A program made the position numbers and the translations under genes. Below, piece by piece: positions 40,601 to 64,000 of a stretch of 64,000 nucleotides of DNA. Positions within the stretch are counted from its first letter, which is position 1. Each line of letters starts with the position of its first letter. The DNA is from Phoronis australis (Eukaryota > Animalia > Phoronida): positions 27,281-91,280 of the forward strand of contig NMRA01000947.1 of assembly GCA_002633005.1 (NCBI GenBank). The letters are read 5' to 3'. The notes under the pieces were generated by a model that was given only the letters and a program-made list of their open reading frames with translations, did no database searches and had not been told where the DNA came from.

Positions 40601-43600
40601 TTTGTTTGAGGGTAAGAGTGAATTGCATCGTCTGGTATTTTAGCGATAACTTTGATATTGCTGTCTAGTCGGAACGGTTAGCGAACTTTTGGCGGCGCTT
40701 TGGTAAACCACTGAAGTTCCCTTAATGGGAAAGCGCCTTAATATGATTCTCATAAATCTCTTGAAAGTTGCATAAAATGAAAACGAAATGATATTTTAGA
40801 AAACTGTTACATTAATTGTTTCAGATATCTCGCCTTGGCCATTTACATCAAATCAAATTTAATATATGACATGTCATTGATACCGTCAGAGTTTTGCCAT
40901 CCCTGCATGACGGCGACATCCCGTTGCTCCCAACGGTTGTTTGATTCTATAGCCCAACAACAAGTTGGGAAGTTTACCCATGTAGCCAATATCTTACACG
41001 ACTGATTAATTCCATTCTGGCATTTATAGTTGGCGGAGGGCCTGCGCTCTTTTGTTCGATAATTGCTCTAATCTCCGATCAGATCATACCTAGACTGACT
41101 GGGCTGGGCTGATAAAAATTATAGTTAAGTTATAACATATTTGAGCTTAAATCAATAGCATAAAATTTTTGAATTCCTCGTCAAATTCTGATCATGTTCC
41201 GTTTTTGAATCACCAAAATCGCCCAACTAAAACAGAAGTTAAGACAATTTATTCTGTCGAAACGGACGCACTGGGTTTGACTGACGGGGTGTTCACATGC
41301 GTTCGATAATATCATGCAATCACCATACGTTTCCTTTGAAGCCTGGGAGATAATTGGCCTGCTTGTTATCATACGGGACAGTTAAAAGACTGAGCTGGGC
41401 AAATAACAAAAGAGCCAGATGTTATCGCACGTTCATCACCCATCACGTTTGGAAAAGTTTCTGAACGACAGTATGCTGTAATGATGTACCTTTTCTTTTT
41501 TGCTGGATTTTACTAAAAAGACAATAATACGTTTGGTCACATGACCCAATTTTTAACAGATTGAGAGAATCTAAAAATCAAATATACAAGCTTTAATTTA
41601 CTAAGTCTTTCTGAAAAAGTATTTATTTTAAGTTAAAGTCTAGTTTTCTAGGTATTGTGCAAAATGCACAGACATGTCAATAAGGCCGGTACATAACCTT
41701 AAAGGATAGTACTGAGGTATTTGGCGAAATTCGCAGACTTATCACACAGTAAGATGGTTCATAGTGACGTCTTAGTAAGCATTTACTGTTATCATTACAT
41801 GTTTCAGGTGGTGACACCAGCAGAACAAAATGAAATTGGAAAGGTGACGAAGCAATGGACAGGCTGGGTGAGAGAGATGTTCACTAGGGCTGACAACTTT
41901 GGTGTGCAGTGTAAGTAAACACGCATATCAACTGTAAAACACGAGACATCATTTTGAGAAGCTGAGATTGCAGACTTGGGTTAGATAGCATCCTATGCAT
42001 AATTGCAAGTAAGTTGTCTGTGAATTATAGTGTTTATAAATATGTCATTTCCCACAGTAATAAACAAATTCTACCATAAAGTGCAAAGTATCCTTTTACT
42101 GAAAAATAACGGTACAGGTTTCAACTGCTTTGGAGTTCACTGCCAAGTTATTTATAACTGCATTTCTCAGTTCCAAATATATTTTGTGAATACTTAGAAA
42201 ATAGGGTACAGTCACTAGGAAATGCTCTAACTGTTATTTATTGGTGGGCTGTTGCAAAACTTTCAGCCAGAGTAAAAATGCACAGATATTGTTTTATCAT
42301 ATCTGAAAACTAGCGTTTTCAAGATTTTTTATTGATCATTTAACATATCAAACGAAATTTGGTCAATTGATCCAGTGCTCAATTTTTCATGTGACCTAAT
42401 TAGTGTCAGATTTTTAATAAAGTAAAAAATTAACTACTGCAAAATTTCTGCTTTTAGAGAATATACCTTTTCTGAGTTAAAATCTATAGCTTTGTAGATA
42501 TTTTGATTTAATGTCTAGACTTNCTGAATGCATGCGGCATCCAGTGCGATGTAATTGCCTAGGGGCCATCGTGTGTGCAGCGAACATTTTCCTGGTGGAA
42601 AAAAGACTTATGAGAACAACATTCCGACGGAGTTTCCACTTAAAATTAGCGTCTCTAGCATATCCACGACGAAAGCTACAAAAGTTAAGCAACCCAAGAA
42701 CTCTCAACTTGTCTGAAATAGGAGGAGATTTCGAAATCAACGCCGATAACCCCAATACTGAACACGGCGACAGTCGTGCTTTCGGTCACACGGTCACTGA
42801 TCATAGCTACGCTGTGTTTACAAACGAGAGAGAGGACTTGCTTGGTATTATAAAGCAAAAAATGAAACATGGTTTTTAGTTTGCAAATCACTCCAAATGC
42901 ACACACTATCCAGCCTGCTCAAGACATGCCTGACCACAAGCTATCCCATGAGCCTTCGCGAAGGAAGTATCTCGCACATGCGCAATGCGTAGTTCGTCTG
43001 CGCTGCAAATCCGCTATTGATGTGTTCTTAAGTTCAACATTATCGTTTTGGTGAAAGGATGAAAGTGTTCACAGTAATTGTGAAAGGTTATCTCCGGTAG
43101 TTAATCAGCAAGTGAAATTTTGCTGAAAATAGTAGGATTTAAAAGCGAAGCTTTGGTACTCACCGAAACTTCAGTGTAGTGGGAAAGGTCAGAGCGAAAC
43201 TCCGCCAAAGTTATCAGCGGGTTGGGGCAACGATATAGGCGATCACGCAAGTCTCACAAAATGTGCTCTTTGTTATCGTAGCGAAGCCGACGTGCTCTCA
43301 ATAGACACGTAATAAATAAAAGAAAGCATATCTGATGAAGAATGACACTGGTCATTTCCATCAACACTAAAATGGGAGGAGAATAATTTTCAGTTAGCCT
43401 TAGACCCACTACTCAACATTTGTTTGAGGGTAAGAGTGAATTGCGTCGTCTGGTATTTTAGCGATAACTTTGATATTGCTGTCTAGTCGGAACGGTTAGC
43501 GAACTTTTGGCGGCGCTTTGGTAAACCAAAGGTCCCCTAATGGGAAAGCGCCTTATAATGATTCTCATAAATCTCTTGAAAGTTGCATAAAATGAAAACG

Positions 43601-46600
43601 AAATGATATTTAGAAAACTGTTACATTGTTTCAGATATCTCGCCTTGACCATTTACATCAAATCAAATTTGATATATGACATGTTATTGATACCGTCAGA
43701 GTTTTGCCATCCCATGACGGCGACATCCCGTTGCTCCCAACGGTTGTTCGATTCTATAGCCCAACAACAAATTGGGAAGTTTACCCCCGTAGCCAATATC
43801 TTACACGACTGATTAATTCCATTCTGGCATTTATAGTTGGCGGAGGGCCTGCGCTCTTTTGTTCGATAATTGCTCTAATCTCCGATCAGATCGTACCTAG
43901 ACTGACTGGGCTGGGCTGATAAAAATTAAAGTTAAGTTATAACATATTTGAGCTTAAATCAATAGCATAAAATTTTTGAATTCCTCATCAAATTCTGATC
44001 ATGTTCCGTTTTTGAATCACCAAAATCGCCCAACTAAAACAGAAGTTAAGACAATTTATTCTGTCCAAACGGACGCACTGGGTTTGACTGACGGGGTGTT
44101 CATATGCGTTCGATAATATCATGCAATCACGATACGTTTCCTTTGAAGCCTGGGAGATAATTGGCCTGCTTGTTATCATACGGGACAGTTAAAAGACTGA
44201 GCTGGGCAATTAACAAAAGAGCCAGATGTTATCGCACGTTCATCACCCATCACGTTTGGAAAAGTTTCTGAACGACATTATGCTGTAATGATGTACCTTT
44301 TCTTTTTTGCTGGATTTTACTAAAAAGACAATAATACGTTTGGTCACATGACCCAATTTTTAACAGATTGAGAGAATCTAAAAACCAAATATACAAGCTT
44401 TAATTTACTAAGTCTTTCTGAAAAAGTATCTATTTTAAGTTAAAGTCTAGTTTTCTAGGTATTGTGCAAAATGCACAGACATGTCAATAAGGCCGGTACA
44501 TAACCTTAAAGGATAGTAGGTATTTGGCGAAATTCGCAGACTTATCACACAGTAAGATGGTTCATAGTGACGTCTTAGTAAGCATTTACTGTTATCATTA
44601 CATGTTTCAGGTGGTGACACCAGCAGAACAAAATGAAATTGGAAAGGTGACGAAGCAATGGACAGGCTGGGTGAGAGAGATGTTCACTAGGGCTGACAAC
44701 TTTGGTGTGCAGTGTAAGTAAACACGCATATCAACTGTAAAACACGAGACATCATTTTGAGAAGCTGAGATTGCAGACTTGGGTTAGATAGCATCCTATG
44801 CATAATTGCAAGTAAGTTGTCTGTGAATTATAGTGTTTATAAATATGTCATTTCCCACAGTAATAAACAAATTCTACCATAAAGTGCAAAGTATCCTTTT
44901 ACTGAAAAATAACGGTACAGGTTTCAACTGCTTTGGAGTTCACTGCCAAGTTATTTATAACTGCATTTCTCAGTTCCAAATATATTTTGTGAATACTTAG
45001 AAAATAGGGTAAGGTCACTAGGAAATGCTCTAACTGTTATTTATTGGTGGGCTGTTGCAAAACTTTCAGCCAGAGTAAAAATGCACAGATATTGTTTTAT
45101 CATATCTGAAAACTAGTGTTTTCAAGATTTTTTATTGATCATTTAACATATCAAACGAAATTTGGTCAATTGATCCAGTGCTCAATTTTTCATGTGACCT
45201 AATTAGTGTCAGATTTTTAATAAAGTAAAAAATTAACTACTGCAAAATTTCTGCTTTTAGAGAATATACCTTTTCTGAGTTAAAATCTATAGCTTTGTAG
45301 ATATTTTGATTTAATGTCTAGACTTGTCCTATAAAACCTCAATTCATTCTATAATCTTGATGGACCATACATCGTTCATGTATAGTCTTCATGGACTAGG
45401 CATTGTTCACTTATTATCTTGATGGAACAGATCGTTAACTTATAATCTTGATGGACCAGACAATAAAAAACTGTCATGGTTCACTTATAATCTTGATTGA
45501 CCAGAAATGGTTCACTCATCTAGATGGAACAGACATTGTTAACTTATAATCGTGATGGACCAGACAATAAAAAAACTGTTACGGTTCACTTAATCTTGAT
45601 GGATCAGACATTGTTCACTTAGGACCAGACATCGTTCACTTCCTTGCTTTACAGCACATGTCTTTGAACAGCCTGTGTGATCTGAGGATGTTTTCCTTTC
45701 AGTTCCTGCAGATCTTGATGTGAAAATGAAAGGCACACTCGTAGGTGCTGTGCTTCTAATTGTAAGTTATGGACTGCCTGATAACATAATGAAGTAGGAA
45801 TTAAAGCAGCGTTATTGAATTAAAGCTCAAATTAGTGATTTAAGGGGGTTCAACACAGTTGTTGAATTTTGCTTAAAGTTCTATTCTCCTCTTTGCCTGC
45901 TACAAATCCTCAAAAATGTGGGGTCTTCAAAATAGTTTTTGACTTTGTGACTGTCTAAACAAATGCACTGTGAAATTATTGAAAAGTCACCTCTAAATAA
46001 ATGGTTGAAATCCTTCTGAAAATGGATTAATTTCCGAATCGTTGACCGTATACTGTCAGTTTTAAGTTTTAAAAGCTTTAAATTTCCTACTGATTTTCTT
46101 ATATCCATGCTAGTAAAAATTTTTTTCTTTATTTTGAGAACCACGAATTTTAATGTTAGCGCCTCTACACTAAAATTTACATGCCTATTGTTTACAATTC
46201 CTTTTATTTTGATAATCATTGTGTTTCATATGAAATAAAAATTTAGTGAGTTACCGACTTGGTTTTTTAGGTATACTAGCCCAAAAACCGTCACACGCAA
46301 ATGTGCAATTTCAGTAACCTTCTCAAAAGTGTGCCAATTTAAAAATCTCTATTAACCACCCTGCATTGATGGTGATTGTGATATAAGTTTAGTTGGTGAC
46401 GACAATCTAAGAAAAATAGTTTGTTCCTTAACAAATTCAACATTACCAATTGCGTTATATCACGCCTAAAGTCTGCACTTGGCTTTGTCTATTATTTAGT
46501 ATGACCTAAATTCTAGGTATGAAGTCATTGCGTATCTTTGGTGTCGAACGCTATTATTAAGAAAATCAACACAAAATCGACCTTTTTCAAATTGGACAAT

Positions 46601-47046
46601 CTGTTATTTGAAACAAAAAAAATTACTCAAGGTTTTTATAATTAGTAAATGTTCACTTCATGAAACAATGACCATGTATTTAAATGTCAAATCACCTCAA
46701 AAGAAGAATGCAGAGGTCTCCGATTTAACTTAAATATTTGGTTCACCAGTTGTACGAGAGCTATAAGTCCAGGGCCACTGTGCAAAGCAGCTGAGTAAAA
46801 CTTGTAAGAAAATTAATGTTTAGAAGTATGCCAGACGAGTACAGTTAAAAAGATGAGCAGACTTTTCCATTTTGTTCTTATATGTATGGAGGCAAGAAGG
46901 TGCTTTCTTCTAACACAGATTTGGTAATCAGATGTTTGATTAATTAGGCTAACGTTGTTAACAGATCAGGTTATCATTATTATTCAGCAAAACCTTTGTG
47001 TTCGCAGGACTTCATGTACTTTGAACGGAGAAAGAAGAAGCGATAA
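28561..47046 (+). CDS. PLSCR: Phospholipid scramblase, tandem copy B (9 coding exons, 259 aa; exon 7 present twice in the assembly)
   Basis: join(28561-28618,30655-30768,35721-35798,37513-37589,38309-38439,39944-40064,[41808-41910 or 44611-44713],45703-45761,47008-47046). Exon sizes and phases are identical to copy A, the frame is open and splice sites are intact. Confidence 0.95.
30655..30768 (+). CDS. PLSCR: PLSCR-B exon 2
   Basis: [24 protein letters not shown]; AG/GT intact. Confidence 0.96.
31619..31894. mobile_element. Small nested MITE with 25-bp TIR
   Basis: atactacaagatatgacactcggga / tcccgagtgtcataccttgtagtat. Confidence 0.7.
31901..34286. mobile_element. 2.4-kb nested Tc1/mariner(pogo)-type non-autonomous element with TA TSD
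   Basis: ta|ctctggagttccgaatagt ... actattcggaactcgagag|ta; aataatagtatagactgga subterminal repeats 31915-32360 and 34160-34265. Confidence 0.8.
35721..35798 (+). CDS. PLSCR: PLSCR-B exon 3
   Basis: [26 protein letters not shown]; AG/GT intact. Confidence 0.96.
36118..36457 (+). pseudogene. Inserted exon-like coding fragment, probably transposon-borne, unknown family
   Basis: 113 stop-free codons with natural protein composition from ATG 36118 to donor G|gtgagt at 36457; absent from the copy-A intron. Confidence 0.5.
37513..37589 (+). CDS. PLSCR: PLSCR-B exon 4
   Basis: [26 protein letters not shown]; AG/GT intact. Confidence 0.95.
38309..38439 (+). CDS. PLSCR: PLSCR-B exon 5
   Basis: Same peptide as copy A exon 5; only synonymous changes. 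Confidence 0.96.
39944..40064 (+). CDS. PLSCR: PLSCR-B exon 6
   Basis: [12 protein letters not shown]...[10 protein letters not shown]; AG/GT intact. Confidence 0.96.
41808..41910 (+). CDS. PLSCR: PLSCR-B exon 7, first copy ([34 protein letters not shown])
   Basis: ttcag| ... |gtaagt; identical to 44611-44713. Confidence 0.9.
42524..43030 (+). mobile_element. Degenerate THAP-domain transposon fragment
   Basis: Frame from 42567: [24 protein letters not shown] (THAP CSxHF...PTxF); DHSY at 42799 in another frame; in-frame stop at 42552. Confidence 0.75.
44611..44713 (+). CDS. PLSCR: PLSCR-B exon 7, second copy
   Basis: Identical exon inside the 2.3-kb duplicated block; probably the other allele. 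Confidence 0.85.
45345..45640. repeat. Degenerate ~30-bp tandem repeat (ttataatcttgatggaccagacattgttcac)
   Basis: About 9 units; a single unit at 16378-16412 in copy A. Confidence 0.8.
45703..45761 (+). CDS. PLSCR: PLSCR-B exon 8 ([20 protein letters not shown])
   Basis: ttcag| ... |gtaagt. Confidence 0.95.
47008..47046 (+). CDS. PLSCR: PLSCR-B last coding exon ([12 protein letters not shown])
   Basis: cgcag|gac ... TAA. Confidence 0.95.
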   Translation, partial: DFMYFERRKKKR

Positions 47047-49039
47047 AGCTGCAGGCAGAAATATGCGATGAACTTGCTGTGATTTTCACTCTTGTTGTGA
47101 TGGAGCATCACTACGATCACTTTTGGTGAAATTTAGTGCCATGGATGGATTGCTTTGAGACACCAATCATACACATGATGTGGATTTTTTCATACTTTGT
47201 GCTTAATTTCGTAATCAAAATGGTTGTACTTAAAACGTGACCATACGAATTTTACATTTAGTGGGATACTAAACCCTGTTTTATCACTCTAAATCTCAGG
47301 AGTATTTGAAAAAAAATACTTGTAAACCTACAAGTTTGAGAATAACTAAAGAGACCTGTTAAGTCAGCAAGTACAATGCTTTGGGATGGTTACTAAATAG
47401 TTATGTAGAGAGCCCATTCTCACTATCTACTTTGACATGGAGTAAGGGTTATTCACTACTTGCATCGTCCAAAACAAGGTGTTGTGTCCAAAACGACAAT
47501 GATTCTGCGTGTATGGAATGGGCACACTTTCACGTCTGTCTAGATAATGAAAAAATGAGGCACTGCATGTGTCCTAAACAACAATGCACGACACATTTTT
47601 GTGCAAATAGTGAATTGCCAAGCTACACTAGTGTTTCTAAAGCATTTACTAATTGTACGATAGCCAGTAACAAAATTAGTCTTGTGTGAAATCACCAGTG
47701 CAAGATAAAGAATTCTTTTAATATTGCCAAAACTAGAAGTCCAGTGAAACGTTTCAGAAGTGTAAGGCCATTATTTCTATGTGACTTTTTCTGTGATATA
47801 TTCTGATTATGAGTGCCATTATGTGTGTTACTTGAAGTAATGTGACCAGTGGTGATATTTTTGATAATAAATAACTATTTTGACCAAAGATTTTGAAGCA
47901 GTCATCATCATTGATTATATTGGTGTCCTCATGTCAACTTGTTTGTTCAAGAAATTTCTAATATAGCATATGGAAGGACCACTAATCTGTGTTTATCATA
48001 TTAATTTTATCAACATTTTATTAAAATTTCAAGCAAATAACATGCGTACATAATGTTGCCAAACAATAAGTTAGGAAAATAATAAAACTTAGTACATTAT
48101 ACAATTGACAGTGTGTAGTAACACTGCATCCACTTGACAGTCTACTGCACGTTCACTGTAACAGAAACAACAATCAGTTGCAATGAAGTTGATACTAAGG
48201 CCTACAGCAACTCTCGACCATGGCGTGGTGTCCTAACAAACCAATGTATTCTTAACCTTTGTTTGAACTGTAATAGGTTACAATAAAATTGTCTTCAACT
48301 CTGCCAACAGCCAGCAACTGAAACCAACCTACAGTGACGAGTAACTTAATGGAGCTGGTCTTAAGTAATAATGACGAGTAACTTCTCAAAACTAGACGTC
48401 GCCTAGAGTAAGGAACAGAATGCAATCGATTTTATCATAGAGAGTGGCCTAAATCAAAATCTGTTTTTTTCACACAAGTTAAGGTTATTGCACGCATTGA
48501 TGGACACACTATAAATGTCATGCAGTATTGAGAGCCACCTTACAGCTGTACTAACTTAAAAGGCAAAACTAATGAGTGTAACGTACAATATCAGGATCTG
48601 GGCCCTAAATCTTTCTATTCTAAATAATGAAATTGTTTATATTTCGGTCTGCTCAAAACGAGTGTCTATTACTGTGTGCTCAGGTACATATAGTTTTTGC
48701 ATATCAGTTCCTAGTCAAAGTTCGCAATTGATGAAGCCTAAATTCGAGCCAAAGACTTGAGATTTCACATAAAAACTCGGTTTTGAGTTTGAACTTTTAG
48801 TCTCAATGAAAAGGTCATTGGGAGCAAACTATGTTAGACAGTTATCCGTGTAATCCATTATGTATTCAAGGATGGCATAATAGACACTAGTCTTCAACTC
48901 ACACAGCAGAATTATAGAAAAAACAAAATATATGTACACATGTTTAATCCTGAGCCCAGATGTTTGAACACCAACTAAAACTCCAGGGAACAGCAAGTAA
49001 ACATGAGACACATGGGCCCATGAAAAGCACAGGCGTTCC

Positions 49040-49108
49040 CGACACACTGGCCAAATATACGGGTGTAATCGACACACTGGCCAAATATACGGGTGTAATC
49101 GACACACT
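49040..49108. repeat. 30-bp tandem repeat x2
   Basis: cgacacactggccaaatatacgggtgtaat repeated. Confidence 0.85.
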
Positions 49109-49623
49109 TTTGTTCGTAGAGTACAGTGGATCTTTGTTTTTAAAATACAAACTTCAAAGAGAATTCGTGTTTCGTTTATAACTTTGGTTACAACAAAAAG
49201 TACTGTCAATTTGACAATGGCAACAGTACAATTCAAAATAGCAATTTTCATAAATTAAACGTGTGTTATGTGACCTTAAAAGAAATTTCAGAGATCATAG
49301 CCTCCCCATATGTTTTGTAAACATTGGCACTCGTGATGTGACCAGATGTGCACAAACATTCATAAACTGTTTCTGATGCAATTAACTAATCAAAATTGTC
49401 AATGTCCAGTTGTGTGTACCTGAAGGTACACGAAAATGCCTTCCAACTCCTAATGTCTACATACTTTAACCTTAGCCACAAGAAAGAATGAATATCTGAA
49501 CATATTTCCTCTCATAAGTATGCCTTTGGGTCTATGAAACAGAGCTAAGATTTTCAATAACTTGCAAAGTTTCCCAAAATTAAGACTATAAAAATAAATA
49601 TGTTGTGTGAGATGGGAAGAATT

Positions 49624-49781
49624 CAGTATTCAGCATGTTCACATACTGTTGTACATACAATGAGACAAACAGAGGCAGTATTCAGCATGTTCACATACTG
49701 CTGTACATACAATGAGACAAACAGAGGCAGTATTCAGCATGTTCACATACTGCTGTACATACAATGAGACAAACAGAGGCA
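49624..49781. repeat. 52-bp tandem repeat x3 in the presumed TTC39 3' UTR
   Basis: cagtattcagcatgttcacatactgctgtacatacaatgagacaaacagagg. Confidence 0.92.
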
Positions 49782-50270
49782 TACATTCAGATAATTTAAT
49801 CAACTACAAAAAAATCTAAAATGTTAATACAATTAAAAGACATCTAAATAATAATAACTAGTTTAAAGTGCATTGATTGATTGCTAGAAATGAATTTTTA
49901 TGAAAAGCCTCCAAGTTAAAAAATTTTGATTGTGCCAAACAAGTTGGACAGAGCTTCTACGGTTAGAGATTTGAGGAATATCTGCAATGTATTGTGGGAT
50001 ACCTGCAATGTATTGCGGGATATCTGCAATGATTTGTGGGACACTAGTCAGTCAAACACAATGAAACCAACCAATGAAACCATGGAATGTACACCTACAA
50101 ATTCTGCAGCCAGCACATGGCGAGGATTATTAGTATATCCCACAATTCTCAAACCGTAAAAACATCCACGCTAAACAAGCTGTTGTGTTTTACCCCAATC
50201 AGATCAGTTGCAGTTTATTATCTCCAACTAGTGCAACGTACACACAACAAACAACCTACAAGCAGCTTCA

Positions 50271-63589
<13,319 letters not shown>

Positions 63590-64000
63590 CTGCAACAGGT
63601 AGAAAATGTGAAAAATGCATTGCAGTCCTGTTGATGGCACACAGTAAAGACAGTTTCAATCACTAAAGCACCCACAGAGAGGCTTAGTTCAATAGAATTT
63701 ACATCGAGTGGTGTAGAACCCTAGTAAAATGTCCAAATTTGGCCAAGTTCAGAACATCATATCTCAAAAATGGATGATCAGAACTGATTAAAGTAAAATG
63801 TCAAGGTAAAATGCTGCAAGCAATTGTTTTTAAAATTTTCATTTTTGCTGTTTGCATTAAAAAATCTAAAGTTGAACGAAAAAAACACGAAATGATGTTT
63901 CAGAAAACTGTAACAGCATTTTTTGAGATTCCATCTTAAGGATTTATACAAAATAAATTTGTTTATGTTAGGGCTGTTCCAGTAAAATCCGTATGGGAGG

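Larger units (their letters stand above)
40210..45325 (+). repeat. Near-identical 2.3-kb direct duplication (40210-42522 vs 43032-45325) across an N join
   Basis: Copies differ by scattered SNPs and small indels; the first copy stops exactly at N 42523. Confidence 0.93.

Noticed and set aside
1-48468. The two PLSCR genes as uncollapsed haplotypes
   Set aside because: Intron divergence is far greater than in the true allelic overlaps (40210-45325, 54525-54875), and many transposons are copy-specific.

Overview
Intron-rich, AT-rich eukaryotic (animal, probably marine invertebrate) genomic DNA from a heterozygous draft assembly with single-N joins and one short gap. Manual splicing gives three genes. 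(1,2) Two tandem, head-to-tail phospholipid scramblase (PLSCR) paralogs on +, each with 9 coding exons and 259 aa: copy A CDS 2884-17817, copy B CDS 28561-47046; I count 17 amino-acid differences. (3) The 3' 13 coding exons of a convergent TTC39A/B-like TPR gene on - (63589 to 50271; 5' end outside the window). The two PLSCR copies act as each other's empty sites, which resolves several insertions exactly: a 4.3-kb EnSpm/CACTA-type element with a GA TSD and nested elements, and a 3.1-kb foldback/MULE-like element with a 9-bp TSD. The most unusual structure is in TTC39 introns, which begin with tandem arrays of the preceding exon's 3' end plus its splice donor; one array carries 11 donors, 7 of them in frame at 54-nt steps. 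Also present: a duplicated PLSCR-B exon 7 that is probably a haplotype artefact, a THAP-domain fragment, a decayed L1/Tx1-type LINE, and a repeat carrying CTCF-like motifs. Most ORFs in the supplied track are spurious. No RNA genes or CRISPR arrays were recognised. All coordinates were read by eye and may be off by a few bases at repeat edges.
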